Positions 24,344-39,300 of a stretch of 64,000 bases of DNA are shown in pieces. Both the position numbers and the translations under genes were made by a program. Each line of letters starts with the position of its first letter. The first letter of the stretch is position 1. The notes under the pieces are model-generated. The model searched no databases and had not been told where the DNA came from. It saw nothing but the letters and a program-made list of their open reading frames with translations. The stretch is from assembly GCA_051362555.1 (NCBI GenBank), contig CM120640.1, forward strand, positions 63,776,788 through 63,840,787, given 5' to 3'. This DNA comes from Lingula anatina (lineage: Eukaryota; Animalia; Brachiopoda).

Positions 24344-26461
24344 TTATCCTGTGAAAATGCTGAAATTGCAGTTATAAAAAGAAAGCGTAAGTTGTACGTG
24401 TATCGTATTGTTGAACGAATTGATTCAGCATCAGCAAAAATCGTTTTTTAAGTTTATTCAAATTCATGTTTAAAATTGGAATAACAAATTTGGCTATTTA
24501 CATGCGAGATAACAAATTGAAAGTCCACAGAAGTGATAAAGAACAAACGTGCTTGCTATACAGTGCAAACATCTTACAGCCTCGCATTCTAATCTACTCT
24601 CTCGACCGGTTATCGGTTCACATAAAGATGTATGTAGTTTAACATGAATTCTCACACTGAATCATGAAATAATGTTCTTCCCAAAATGATAGCAGATCTT
24701 ATACAATGTATAATGTATCTAAAGAATGGTCAGTGTCAGACTTAAAATTTAAGTGACCCAATCTTTACTTGCATTGAAATTAACTTTGCATCTATTTACC
24801 TTTCTATTTTCCGCTAACCTTTTTTTAATCGAAATGACTTGTATCTGATTAAAAACCAAAGTTATGTATAAAATGTGTGTGTGCGCGTGTGTGTGCGCGT
24901 GTGTGCCCGCTTTTCTTTACCTCCTGGTTCACAACATTTCCCACAAAGGAGAATTTTCTTTGATTATTTTGGGACAACACTTGATACGCATTTTTTTTTC
25001 AAAAGTAAACTACTACTAATACCTAATTACAAAATTACCGCAAGAACTTTTGGTCGTGACGATGTGTAGGCAGCTATCGACTTTTTCATTTCAGTCAGCA
25101 TGATTGCAGACAAGTTAATGTTAAATCTATAAAAGTCTTACTTTTCTAAGGTGATCACGCAAAACAAAAGCCCAAAACCGACAAACCGTGGTAACTTAAA
25201 GCATGCCATTTTCTCATTTCGTCACTCTGAAGTCGTCCCCACCGTGCACCTGGCCAAGAGACCGCCACTGCACGCATCATAAACGAACGCACCCTTACTT
25301 TAATTAAATTAGTTAATTAAGGAAAGATTAACTGGACGGAAGAAATCAATAAGAACGCAGGCATGTGCCAGTCGTTAAAGGCCAAGAAGTCGACTGTATG
25401 GATTTTTCCTGAAGGCTATGCAAAATATATTTTCTGTTCTAGTACAAGCGTCATGGAACTTGATGTAAACAACCGTTTCACCTCAGACAAAATGTATATA
25501 AAAGAAGGATAATACGCATCCTTGAATACTTACAGTCCTTAAAATGTGTCCTGTTTCACTACCAAGTATTTACCAAGTTAATGATATTTCGTTTACTTAA
25601 TGATTCCATTAAGGTTAAAGTGAAACAAACGATATATATAGTAAAAGCTATTTTGTCCTATTCTGAAAAAAATTAAGAAGAACTTAACAATGTAAGATCC
25701 GCTGACGAAAATGTCCACGTCTTGAAGTATACCAAAGCACATTCACATAATGTATAAACATAATGTAGGCCTATAAATAAACGTATAAACATTGAAAACT
25801 AACCAAAATCAGTACTTTCTACCACAATTAAACAAAACACGGTGACCTTCCACAAATTTGTCAGTTTCAAAGATAATCCACTTTCTAATTTTTACAAAGC
25901 GGTGCTTAAAACTAATGAGCAATTTATTTCAACTCAGATTTATAAATGCTAGCGATGCAGTCATCATTAAGCGACAAGATATTCTCAATAGAGTTTTGCT
26001 GTATACCTCTGCAGGGTCAAAATCTTGTATTCGAAAGCTATCATCCTTATATCCTAACGCCTACTGTGTGCTACATTGTTTACATCTGAACATCCAAAAG
26101 GGTAATTTATATGTATAGAAAAACTGGTCGAATCGTAGCAACGAAAAGTACTTGAATAATCCATCTCCATGCACAGACTATTGCTGCGGCTTGACTTAAT
26201 ACACAGTCAATTTCTTTAATATACAGTCTACATATACATACATCACTTTATATACACTTATTTCAAGTTAGATAATTCAAACAACTTTGACATTCGAATT
26301 ACAACTACACAGGTAGATTTTTATACCGTCTAGTGTTAACCCAGAGCTAGAAGGGTGCCATTGAAATTGAACAAATGTGATTGCCAGTATTTTTGGTAAT
26401 GAAAGAATTTTTAAAGGAAGAGAAAATGTGATTCTTTAAGATGATCGCTGCCTGAAGCCGC

Positions 26462-26529
26462 CTCCTGGCATTCACCGCGTGCCTTAATTGTTCGCCACAC
26501 ACCAAGGCTAACACAGTGAACACTGGGAG
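26462..26529 (-). ncRNA. MIR124: microRNA mir-124 precursor; mature miR-124-3p at ~26465-26486
   Basis: Plus strand TGGCATTCACCGCGTGCCTTA (26466-26486) is the exact reverse complement of miR-124-3p UAAGGCACGCGGUGAAUGCCA. Minus strand CUCCCAGUGUUCACUGUGUUAGCCUUGGU-GUGUGGCGAACA-AUUAAGGCACGCGGUGAAUGCCAGGAG folds into the typical mir-124 hairpin, with UGUG at the apical loop and CAGC (CNNC) ~15-16 nt downstream. Confidence 0.96.
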
Positions 26530-29200
26530 ATAACCTTCACCACATGGGATGCACTGGACAGTTCCTTCGTGATGTTGCGTTGACCTATCCAGTTTTTAGT
26601 ATAGGGGAAATAAGGCGGATGCTTGTTTTCCCCTGTATACGTGCTTTGTGTTGTGTGATCAGGAAACCGTTCTTTCTTCTTATATTAACTGGTTGAATGC
26701 ATAGTATTAAAATGTTTTCTTACCCTTTCTTTCTTTCCACTTCACTTGGTCAATAAATCTGTCATCGAATATGGCATGTAATCCCCTAAAATGTCTAAAT
26801 TTGATATCAATTGTTCTGCTGTCCTTCGCATATTCTTATTATGATTTTCATTCTAAAATGTGTAAAAAAACTGATATCCATATTAACAAATCTTCGGAAG
26901 GTTACATTGAAAATCTCCATAGAGAAGAATACAATATTTCTATAAATTTCCCCTCTCTCTCTCTCCTGGCGAACTTAATTTTGAATATTAAAAACATGGT
27001 CTCTCGGTTAAAAAAATATAATTCCATAATATTATTCCAAAGATGTAGCCTATGTAAATGTGCATGTGATAAATGTCTTGGATTTGATAAGTGTTATGAG
27101 GGATTCATTGTACTGGCTATGTGCAACTCCTTAACTAGCAATTAAGAATAGAATCAAGTTTTATGTTTAGGTCATGATATAGTGACAAGTAACAGCAACT
27201 AACATCAGTAAAAATGTTCCCCGTCTTCCTGTTTTGATCTTGCACTTTTTCTTTTTTTCTTTAATCTTTTCTTTGTTTTTTTGGAAAAAGTCCAAATCCT
27301 CATTCGTCATCCACTAAGTTTATCTAAGATTTTGCGTATCTTTCGATACAAATTGACAACAACCCCTAGATAATGAGAACCTATAAGATTTATGTTTGAC
27401 AATTTGCAAGTAATACACGATTTAAACATATAATACAAAATACCTGAACACCCATTTAACTGACCGCGTTTCTTTGAAGGAAACCGGGGCTTTAACCCAT
27501 TAAAATATCAAATATTCTTATTGTACCTATCACATTGATATAGTGACAGAGCTCATAACTAAAAACTGACAGAAACAGGAACTCGTATATGTCTGAATAT
27601 TAGTCTCTGTGTGATTTTCTCAGTATTTTCTCCTTCCAGATTAGCACGAACTGGCGTTTTATGGTGATTTTGGCATACCATACCCTGCATTTGTCACAAA
27701 TGTTCTTGGCGATGGAACAAATGGCACAGTTGAGGGCTTTGGGCATTTAGGCATCTCAGCGGAAGTCTGAGTAACCTGACGCAACAACAAGACGACCTAT
27801 TTGGTGCATTATACAGGAAGAATCAGGAAGTCCCAAGATGCTGGAGAAAAAATGGGGTTCCATGGCAATGTGGCAGAAGTACTGTCGCGATTTCCGTTGT
27901 CGTGGGTCTGTATATCTCTGTCCCCTCTCGTCTTAAACACCTCACAGATATTTCCTGTAAAAGAAAAGTGTAATTTGTGAAAAGATTGCAGTGTTTAGTG
28001 CGTGGGTGCGAAGACTTATCTATCTCCACACAGCACGCGTAACGAAGTTCATATTACAATTAATCTTTTGTCGTTACGTATGTTATTATTTCCTCTATTA
28101 ATCTTAGTAAATTTTATAACAGTGAAATATATTTTCAATAATAATTGGCATTCTCCAAAAATAAGAGCAAACAGCGCAGCGCACATGTACCTTAATTATT
28201 ATTTTCCTTTGTGTATAATGAAGAGCACAGATATCTTTATTAGAAATGGTAAACCAGATGAAGGCGTTAAATACTCAATAGGAAAGCGCCATTTGAACGA
28301 GTTCTTCCACTGTTGCTTTGTTTGTATCCACTGAGAACATTTTCTCCCACATATCGACCTGAACATGGTAAATGTAATATATTATAACAGAAAAAAAGAG
28401 GATAAAGGTATATAGTCTAGCTGGTTCATATTTGATCTCTCAAAAGGCCCTCTTTTGGAAGTGTTACATGGAGATAAGTCGTTTAGTCCTCAGTGTGTAT
28501 GCTTACGATAACACCACGAAAGGAAATTAAATAACACAGTCTCGGCATCTATGTCTGTTGCAGAATGTATACGATTCCCATAATGAGTCTTTATAGTTTT
28601 AGTATGGCATTTCCCCTTCCTTCTCTCCGCAGCCCTTTCTCCTTTTGTGTCATTATTCCAGCATGGCACAAAGCTAGAATCGTTCTCATAAATGGTTTTT
28701 GTGTATTCGTTAATGGAGCAAAATAGACCAATAAACGGAAATTTATAATAATCTGTCTTAGTATGTGCCTTTTTGCTTTTGGGTCCGATTTTAAACATGG
28801 ACAAACCCGTAACATTTTTTAATTATAACACTAGAGAACAATTTAAATAAGCAGGTGAACAAAAAAGGTTTAATGAATTAATAAAAAATGAGTTACCGCG
28901 CGTTTACAGAAAAAATAATAACCCGGCTTAGATAGACCCATTTATATGTAAATCAGAACACCGTGAAATTAAAGTCTAACCGGTCAGTTTGTTCCATGTC
29001 AAGAGTGACACTTTAGTGACTAAACATCGTGATTTTCTTTCACTATAGAATGAAGAAAAATTCTATCTTCAACTTTTTCAAACATTTGGATACTTAATTC
29101 CTGGAAATTCTTAATTCCTAGAAGGGAGTAATACATTAACTATATTATGTTCGGTGTTATACTGATTTTACTCCACTTGATGGATCTCCCTTTTCCTATG

Positions 29201-29201
<1 letters not shown>

Positions 29202-29264
<63 letters not shown>
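29202..29264. repeat. (TA)n microsatellite
   Basis: Direct inspection. Confidence 0.9.
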
Positions 29265-29267
<3 letters not shown>

Positions 29268-29822
29268 TCCAAAATATAAGGTATGTTGTAGGCCTATATC
29301 GAACAAAACACATTGTAAATATATGGATACTAATGCAACTGCTGTCCAAGTCTAAGAAAGCAAAATGGCGGCCAAGCTGCTAATCATGCCACAATACAAG
29401 GTTTGGTATCGATTTTCCTTAATTATAACGTTATTAATTTAGGCACCGGGGTAATTGTGCGACACATGCGCCATATATAAAAGTTTGGATTGAAGAAGCA
29501 ATCTATGTTCTGGTAACACTACATATTATTAATATCCTTTATCGCTTTATATTCAATGTTCTTACATTGTACCAGTGGTCTAACACTCAGTTCTCTCTCA
29601 GTTTATCCATATTAAGACATCAATCAGGCTTCTTCGACGAGAAATGGAGTTAAATATCGCAACATAAATTAGATTTGCAATGGCACCGTATGTATTATGA
29701 AAACGTGTATTACCAAATGAGAAAAAAGAACCAATCTTTATAATACATTGATATCTTTACTCTACGCGCACAGACGGACACTGTTCAACTTTGGAACGAT
29801 ATTTGGGGAAAATACCCTAGAC

Positions 29823-29823
<1 letters not shown>

Positions 29824-29871
<48 letters not shown>
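29824..29871. repeat. poly(T) tract (~48 nt)
   Basis: Direct inspection. Confidence 0.9.
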
Positions 29872-29873
<2 letters not shown>

Positions 29874-30181
29874 GGAAACAAGCATTTCTATATGTCGACA
29901 TTTTTTGTGACTGTCCTGTATTTATCTAGTTAGTGAGTTCATATGCCTAGGATACTTCCCACTCTGTATTTCACCTGTCACTAGAAATTCTGGTATTGAC
30001 TGACATTGCTTTTTAAAACCAAATACGTGTCTGCGGCAATAATGAAGACTGTATAGTTAGCATACGTATCCACACCCACCGATGTAGTTTATATTTACTC
30101 GCCTGATGTACCCTAATTTCTTTAAACTACACACCTTGTTCAGAACAACCTAATAGATATTCTATGGTTCATTCCCCTTAC

Positions 30182-30454
30182 CTTGTCGACCTCTCTGCAT
30201 CAGCTTCAAGACTGATGCCAAAGGATGATTGCGACGAATTTACATGCTCTCGCGACTTCGTATCGACCCTAGCATTTCCTCCCTATTGTAGTCAAGTAGT
30301 CAGAGACAATCGGGTTATGATTAATTATCCATCGTGGACAATTACCTATAGAGAAGGCCTAACTCACACATCTGTCGAGAGATGGCTACCCCTATGGCTT
30401 TTATATCGTGCAGCCCCGATGCCGAAGCATGGCACGGCACGCTTCAGGGCCAAT
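30182..30454 (-). promoter_or_regulatory. Putative promoter and non-coding first exon of the pri-mir-124 host transcript
   Basis: CCAAT 30450-30454, minus-strand TATAAAA 30405-30399, CpG-rich surroundings, strong donor AAG|GTAAGG at 30182/30181, and a matching acceptor CTTTTCTTTTACAG| at 27955/27954 upstream of the hairpin. Confidence 0.5.
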
Positions 30455-33400
30455 CGTCTTGATTAAAATAACGCACAGTAACACGACAATTATGTCTTAA
30501 TTTTCGTGATGAAACCATTTAAAATTTATGACGGATAATTAGTGCAAAAGGCAACATATCAATTTTGATCGACATTGATCGGGTGTCAATCCACCATGTT
30601 TATCACGCAATTTAACGGTTTTTCCTAGCATGGTGGAGATTATTTATTTATATAAAAATTGGCAGGATGATGATAATTTTGCCCACTTGGTTCTCGCAGT
30701 AAGCGGTCACCGCTTTGCATGTTGGGGCAGCCGCAACTTAATTGTAAGACTATGGCGCAGGAGCATAACGGTGCACGTAATTTATCCATTTCGTCAAAAA
30801 ATCAATGTAGCGTAACTTTCGATGAGGATCTTCTATGTTTTATTCTTATATTTTTTGCACGTTAAGTAGCTTTAAGCAGACTGGCGTACACAATTTCTAA
30901 AGCTAAAAAGAGCGTGCAGTGCAGACCCATATGGTGATTATGCATTGCCTATCGTTATCGTAATCACTTTTTTATTGAACGAAAATATCGACTAAGTATT
31001 GGTTCACCAAGCCGTTCGCGTGTTCAGTATACCTGATAGTTATCCCCCAGTGTTAATTCTTACCGGCTACGTTGGCCGAAATTTGGAGGGGGATGCCACT
31101 ATAAAGTACAGTACAGTACAGTAAACTATGCTTAATATGACCCTTCCTTAGACTCGGTTATCATCAAATTATACTTTAACATCTTGTCACACTTTTGTAT
31201 GCTGACCCATTGCTACTTGTTGTCACGAAAAAAAATCGCGACACTGTGATTAATTAGGAAAATACAATGTTACGGTCGTAGTCAGGTTAAGGCCGACGAG
31301 GTCTTGTATGTCCAATATTTCGCCTTTCCGAGGAGTCTTGCCTCGACTCACCCAGTTTGCGGTGGTCGTTGATCTTCCCACTTTTAATCTGAGCATATTA
31401 TGGTAAAATAGTAGTAAAGGACAATGGTTCTCCCTTTTGCTCAGACCTTGTAGTTCGAACACTGTCATCATTGCTATCAAATTGTGTAAGAAAATGGTTT
31501 TAACCATAAAACATTTATATTCCACTTTACAGCAAGAGGATAATGTAATAAGAGTGGAGAGATGGTTTTCTTTGTCCCCTTACGCCCACCGACTTTTCCC
31601 ACCCGTATGTACAAACGAATACCAACATAGACTAGTCTATTATCTGGCTGGGTGGGGGGACTGAATGCCCCCAGTCGCCTCTTACCACAAAAATAGGGAA
31701 AAAAATAAATACCGGCCTCGTTGCCCCCTTAAGCTCCATCTCGATGGCGAGAAGCAACCTTTACTTCATGCTATATTTACTGTGTTGTATATAAAAAAAA
31801 ACGAAGTTCGTATGTTTTCCTGTCGGAAAATTAGCGAAAAATGGCCAATCCAACCAAATCGTGAGTCTCATTTGTGTAAATGAGCTTCAATTTTGCGCTG
31901 TCAACTAGACTGTGTTGTTTTCAGGTAGGCAGACGATAGCAGGTGCTTTATACACCACTAGTGACAATGGCATTGAAAACAAAATATCCAGCTAGATCCT
32001 AGCTATACCAAAACTAAAGTAGTTACAGATACTGCCACAGAAAAGGAAATGAGAGAACTGTCCACCGCGATGGCACATTATTTCACAATTGCACATCTTT
32101 ATAACTAAACGTAAGCAGATTGCATGTAGTTTTAAAAATACATGTATCAATGGTATAAAACGGGATAAATATCATCACCAATCGATTGGAGGTTATTTTC
32201 TGACCAAAAATAATACAAAAGCAATAAATACTTTCGCTAAATTAGCTTACATGGTGTATAAAAGAAAACGGAACTTAAGATCGAGGAATAAATGCACTTT
32301 CTCTTCTTCTCGCCAGTAGGAATCGCAGCTTAATCGGCATGTCTTGATTTATAATTCTCCTTGAGACTAATGACCCCATCTAATTCGAAAAGTCATTTAC
32401 ATCGTTCAACCCCCATGGCTAGGAAATGCTAATGTTGTCATGAGTCTCTCCCACCCAAAGTGTCATAACGTGGGCATGTCTTTGGATGAAATAAATATCT
32501 CCCATAAACTAGATCACTAAACTTTTCTCTGTGGATCAGAATACATGTATGTGTTGTTATTTGCTGAAGGTTACATTTAGGCCTATGTTGATTTTTTTAT
32601 TACATTTCTGAGAGACAATTTTAAGAAAAAATGGAAATTTGTAGCTTGCTATAGATCAATTTAGCAAGGATTCAACACATTTTTAAATCCTTTTTGCTTT
32701 TTACGAAATATACTAAGATCCCATCGAGTATTCGTGACCACGTTGTTGGAGATACTCTTGTTAAATCGGCATTTAGAAAGAAAAGTAAATGAAATAGATG
32801 CGTTTTTATTGTAAGCGGAAAATGATAATTCGTACATATTTCAGGAATTTTAGATCCCCAAAAGATGTTTTAAGAACTCTGTGAACAGCTAATGACTTTG
32901 TACACACGTTGCAGTTCACATAGACCCTCATACATGGTATTTAGCAATTAAACATAAGTGAAAAAATCAAGCTTTGGTCAAAAGGAAATGAGTGGGATCT
33001 GTTTCAGAAACCAAATATGAACATATCCATAAAATATAACATATGATGAAATAATATTTTGTCAAATCACACGTTTGTTTTCTTCGTATACGAAATACTA
33101 CTTGGCAGTTATTGTTAGCATGTTATTATTCATTACATTTTCAACACCAGGAGATTTATAAGCAGACCTACATTGTTTGAGAAATTGCACACTAGACGAT
33201 ATAATACGCCATACTGTAATTTGTGCCAGAATACAGTTATAAAATGATGATTGATGTGCAAAGTTACCCATTCTTGTGCTCTAAGTCGTGGGTTTGACTG
33301 GTGCGTTATTACTCATACGCGACTCTCTAGGTATACTTATTGAAAAAATGGATCAGATAACTAGAATATTTTTGCCATGATTTGAACTAGATATAAGCTA

Positions 33401-36215
33401 TTAATCATACAGTCTTTTGAAGATGACAAGGACAACAGTTGTCAACAGGCACGAAAAACCACAGAACAATGTGATTATGTCGTGTATGCTTATGTGTATG
33501 TTATAGGTGCGCGCGTGCGTGCGCGTGCGTTTTGTGCGGAACCTAGTGCAGAAAAATGAAATGACTGGAAAACAATCTGGGTATCGGCAGACTGAAAATT
33601 TTGGCACACATCAAATAGAGATGGCGCAGTATCGTGTACCACTCTACACTTGGGACAGTATGGCTGTAGCTAATGAAAAGACAGCACATCGTGGAAAAAT
33701 GGGCTTAAAGCATTTCACGCCAGAGGTGTAAAGCATTACAGAACACTTTGCGAATCATATTTGTTAAAATATGTGACAGATAAGGCATACAACATTCGCA
33801 AAAACCGGTCTTAGGGGTCGACAGACAATAGTTGTAGGTTCTGACGCAATGTAACAGTTGTTCTGATACACTATATCAGCGATGATTGTGTGAAATTGAA
33901 ATTGAAAGTAAGATTTTCGGTATATATTTTTGAGGATATCAGAGTGTCAGTGACAGTCATGTACTATTACACAGCATCACCTTCTTAGTAGAAGAACCAA
34001 AAAAACACCACACAGAAATTTGAAGGTCAGGATTCTGCGCCAATTCAAGCAAACCATACAGAGCAATATAAAGTTTTTACGTGTACACACATTGTTCACA
34101 TATTGCCAGCATTTTTCAAATAATAACCTGATTGGCCCTTATTTCACAAACCTTTTCTATAGCACTGATATGAGTTCCAATTCGACCCTCCTCTTTCCTT
34201 ATACATTGCCTATAAGCTCTATTGCCTATATGTTCCCACAGCCCTTCTTGCCCAGCCGCAACACTGATGAAAGATGCATGGAGTTTCTCCTTTCATTATG
34301 AAGATTACTTTTTTCCAGGGCATTTGGGGAATCGTTCAGATCTAAATTCCATTATTGTACTATTCTCAAGGGAAATAAGGAAGGCTCGAGCCAAGTTCTT
34401 TGGAAATGGCTAAAGGTTAGCGGGAGGCCAATCCTGGGCATAAAATGTCTATCAGAAAGAAAAGGGAAGTAAAGGATCGACGACAAGTCTCGGCTGATGG
34501 CTTTAATTTCTTTTTGCCAGATTCTATCAAGAATGGTGTACGGTGTCACTTTTCTAAAAAGATGCTCCTCAACGCTTACATCTATCTTGGAACGACAAGA
34601 AGTTTAAAAGGGGAGCTTCGATGATAATGTTCTAACATTGCTGGTCAAGTTTGTCCAGTTGTTAATACATACCAGAGACTTGTAAATGCTATATCAAGCA
34701 TAGTGATGTCCCACAAACGCCCATTCGATGCCCAATACGTTCGTAGATATAATTTCTCAGAGCTCCTGTGTTAGGTCAGGAAAGTTCAACAAGTGACAGT
34801 TTCATTTTACGTCTCAGTAGCGTCGTTAATTAGTCCTATGGTGGTACGGGATGCTCTTGGGTACCATGCATATTACTGACAGCAAAACAATGAAGGTTAG
34901 ACATCTAATGCTGCTGTGTCTAGATCTGGGTCTTATCTTAGCTCCACAAAAAAATGCAACCTTATTTTCTTTTTAACCCTACCTGCCAATAACCATTCTT
35001 AGATGATTATTAGTTATAACTTAATCTATCGCATGGAATCTTGATCTTAACTTGGAAATGATAAGCACATATTCAACGTTTTGCGATACCACCATCTATA
35101 CCACCATCAAAAATATAAAAGCCCCATGCAATACTTTAAAAAATCAAAAAAGTTAAAAATTTTATCAGCATTATGGGTTGTTTATATATTAAATCATACA
35201 AAGCGAATTTCGTTGTTCAATGTGCTACAGATTAACACTGGAGTCGCCCATTACATGTTACAAAAAGGATTTACACGAGGCGTTTATATTTTGATCAGTA
35301 TACATGTCAGTAAATGTGACTATGGGCAGGATGCAGCTTTTACAGTTGCGTCATCATATCACATAAAATAATGCAGGATTTTTGTGCAGGATTGCTTACT
35401 TTCGGTAACAGTTGCTCTGATGTTGTAGCCCAAACTGTTTTATTTCGATCATAGAAATATGACACCACATCACGAACTTGAGTTCAAAGTCCCTATTAAA
35501 TGGAGACAGGCATGCATGAACATGTAATTTTGCATCGAAAACAGTTATAGAATATCATTTCAAAAGTCTCGATATATCTTTGATGTTTTCGAACTATTTT
35601 CGTTTCGTTAAGAAAGCTTTTCCTAATTCATGCCCAGCGGAAAACATCTTCCGGTAAAAAAACATCACTGCAAACTAATCTGTTTCTGACACGGTTGCTG
35701 GAGCAATATATTTGTTCTACGCGTTGACACATTTGGTTGATACATATACAATGGTCATTCAAAGTGCATGCTCCAAACATACAGCTGATCAGTCATTATA
35801 TTGTAGTCTAGGCATACGGTCTCCAGGGTCACCGATCAGATATGCACGAAAAAAGGTTGTATTTCCACTTCACATGATAATTGTGGATATACATGCAGGA
35901 GCAGACGAATGGGACACTAAACGAAGACTGTGTAAATAACACTGCGAACAGAGCAGTGTGATAGTCGAATATAACAAAAGTGCCCGAGCGTGTAATGGAT
36001 TTGACGGCAACAATAAGCGATGCTTTAAAATTAGCAGATAAGCAACTTGGGGACTGCTGCAGTAGGTAGATAAGGTTGCAGTCGGACTACAAGAGTAATG
36101 TTGCTTAAACGAGTTGATTAAGCATTTTCTGCATTGCTAATTTGCCTGAGCAATGGATGACGAACGCCAACTACAGTCTTTTTTCTTTTTCTCTCTCTTT
36201 TTAGCATATTTAAGG

Positions 36216-36384
36216 CAGGGGCGGATCCAGAGCTATTTTCTGGCAGTCTTCCAAATTATATCTTTGTTGATCCATCCTCATTTTTGACCGTCTTCTGACA
36301 GAAAAAATTAGATACCCTTTAATGTAAACTTGAAAATCTGACCGTCTTCCGGAAGACCCAGAAGACGGCCTAAATCCGCCCCTG
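36216..36384. mobile_element. hAT-like MITE (169 bp)
   Basis: TIRs CAGGGGCGGATCCAG and CTAAATCCGCCCCTG; internal GTCTTC/GAAGAC repeats; flanks similar but not identical (TTTAAGG / TTTTAGG). Confidence 0.7.
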
Positions 36385-39300
36385 TTTTAGGTGGATATGA
36401 CATAAACTGCCTGACCAATGATACAACCCGACGATCCAAATTGCTGCACATATTCTTAACAAGTTGAAAAGCAAGTTTGAGTGCCATATCCAAAGCTCTT
36501 AAAATCGCATTTATTGACTAATAGATGCGCAGCCATTTGTCAAATCACATCTCGATTATTTCGACAGTCAATTCATTTGCTGCCAATATTGCTTGTGTTA
36601 GATTGAATAGACTGTTATGGTATTTCTTTTATTTTTAATTTTAAAAATACTACACAAATCAGTTTGGAACCAACCATCCCTCATTGCGATGTTTAAATCG
36701 CACGAGACCTTTTAACTTACTCTCTCAGTTTGGCTGGAAAGGCAGGCAAAGTTCTATTCCGCTTAAACATTTCTTTCCATAGTACAGCATAGAAGTAATC
36801 TGATTAAATACAGTCCCTACGGATTTTCACATTTTCAATCCCTGGCTCTTTCAAAAGAGACTATAACGGGTGTTTTTGAAATAAACTTTAACCTTTCGCC
36901 CCTGGATGACACAGATGGATATTGTTAAACAATTTCAGTAAGTTACTTTGACACCTTATGCTGTACGTGTCACGTGTACAGCAGTCTTTTACTGTTCAAA
37001 AATGGTTGCTTGTGCTTTGATAAATATTTTAAATCTCAAAGGTGTCCGGATCTCCTACATAAAATTTTCTATTCTATCAGTTTTATTCAACGAAAAGAAA
37101 GCTTCTACCAAAATATTTGATATCCTTGCGGGTAATATATTGGGTTATGTGAAAAACACCGCCTTCGTTTTAATCGGTCACAAAATCAGTATCCTATTTA
37201 TACATTATGTCATGTAACAAAACAAAACAGAAACGAGAGGAAAAATCCTTTTCATGCATCGGGTTGTATTTCAATCCAAGATACATATAACGTATTGCTA
37301 TACAGATATAGACAGATGAAAAATGGATTTATTGTCAAAATGTTTTTAAACGATACTTTTATAAGTATGGTGGTTTCATCTTTATAATTATTAATATTTT
37401 CTTCTCAGTAGTAATTGGCATTTACCTCATTTAAAGAAAGCATTCATCTCGACGAAATATATTTAAAGGCCTACTTGCAGGCAATGGCATTATCTTGCGT
37501 CGGGTTTCCACTACCCCTTTTTCCATGGATTTGCAACCTCTGATATACACTTATATATACCTATTATATGTACAAACAACAAATCACGTATTGATTCGGT
37601 TCCTGATGAGGCATAGGTGTACATATCATATACTGCTTATGATGTCACTGATAATAGTATCATCGAAAATGAAATTCACCGAAGTGCACGCAAGGCAAGG
37701 CTGACCACAGACTGCAGATATTACAATAAACTTATACTCTCACTAGCAATCAGTCTGTCGTGTATTCATCTTGAGGGATAATTGTTATTATTGAATATCA
37801 GCATTTGACGCCATTGTGACGGCTTCGCGCCAATCTAACATGGATATCTTGTCGTTCGGCAAGCTGCATGCAGCAACCATAACGCGAGCAACATTTTATG
37901 TTTAATTTTTGATCTTTGTCTGATAAATAGCTTTGGTTTTTTTTCTTAGTTTTTCATTTGGTTAGATGATAGTATGAGCTTGTATATGGGCATAAATCGT
38001 GCTTAACGTTCATCTAGAAAGAATAAGTTTTTTAATCAACTTACCCTGACTTTCAGTTCGATAACTGGTATAGCATCTATATCACTTGACTGGCTTTGGT
38101 TAAGTGTTTCTATTTCATAAACAGAAATCTAGCATAATATCAAACCATGTATAGCAACCTACGAGAGTAAATTTTGAATCTGACAAAATACCCCCCGATT
38201 GTTTTGTTGCAAAATGAAAATGAAAATTACTAATTTTCATATATTTTACATACAAAACATAAAATAATAAACTAGCTTGAAATTTACGTTGGCACCTAAA
38301 ATATAATTTTAATGCACATTTTATCTCCCTCTTATGGTAAAATATATGTAGGTCACCAGTGCATTGAAATGATAATCCAACCGTATCGTAATTTTAGTTC
38401 CCATTCAATGGAATGTGTCATCTGCATTCTAACGGATTGAAAATATCTATAGGTAAATTAAACAGTACAATACTCCTATCTTGTTTCACTTGATCCTGTG
38501 TCATGCTTCAAGGCTTGTTGTTCTTACACGCATCGAGCTAAAATTACATTAATTTCAAGTCAGCAGCTTTGAACCGAACGCAAATAAACTTGCTCTAGGA
38601 ATTGTTAAGGAACGATCAAAGTCTTTGTAAGAGTCGGCGATTGTATGTGAGTAAAGCCTATTGCCCACAGACAACTTAGATATCGACATATCTACTGTGG
38701 TTATCGGCTTGCAGTTCATTAGAAGTTAAAATTGTTAGGTTACGTAAGAATACGTCTGTGGTTTATTTCTCGTACAATTCTTTCGAAAATCCGCGAATTG
38801 CGGTGTGGTATCTGCAAAAGTAGTTTGTTTACATTTAATTGGTGTTCGGAGGAATTTAAAGGAAAATATTTTGCAAAGTTGTAATCAAGTGTCTACATGG
38901 TCGCCGTTGTTAATTCGTTGAGCAACTTCAAGTATACTCTTGGGGTTGTGTTCATTTCACCAATATATTATTAATCCAAGGTTACTGATGTGAACATATG
39001 ATTGGAAAGATAAATCCTCGACAGCAGTTGGTACTGGGATCATCCATACTACTGAATCTCACAATTTTGGAAATAAATTTGGTCTTAAAGAAAAGATGGA
39101 CACAGCATGGTATCACTTTTTAGAATGATCGTATATATGGTTAACATACGATTTTGACTAATTGTCTAGCTATTTGGTTTCTGCAAAACAACTACGACTT
39201 GTATTGATTATAGTAATACTGATTTACTATCCCCATTTCATTTTAACATTCATTTGCAGCAAGGTAGATATCTAAAATTCGATTTTGGGAATATTATGAT

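Noticed and set aside
34020-34620. Cluster of 60-90 aa ORFs with coding-like composition
   Set aside because: No splice-consistent structure or known motif.
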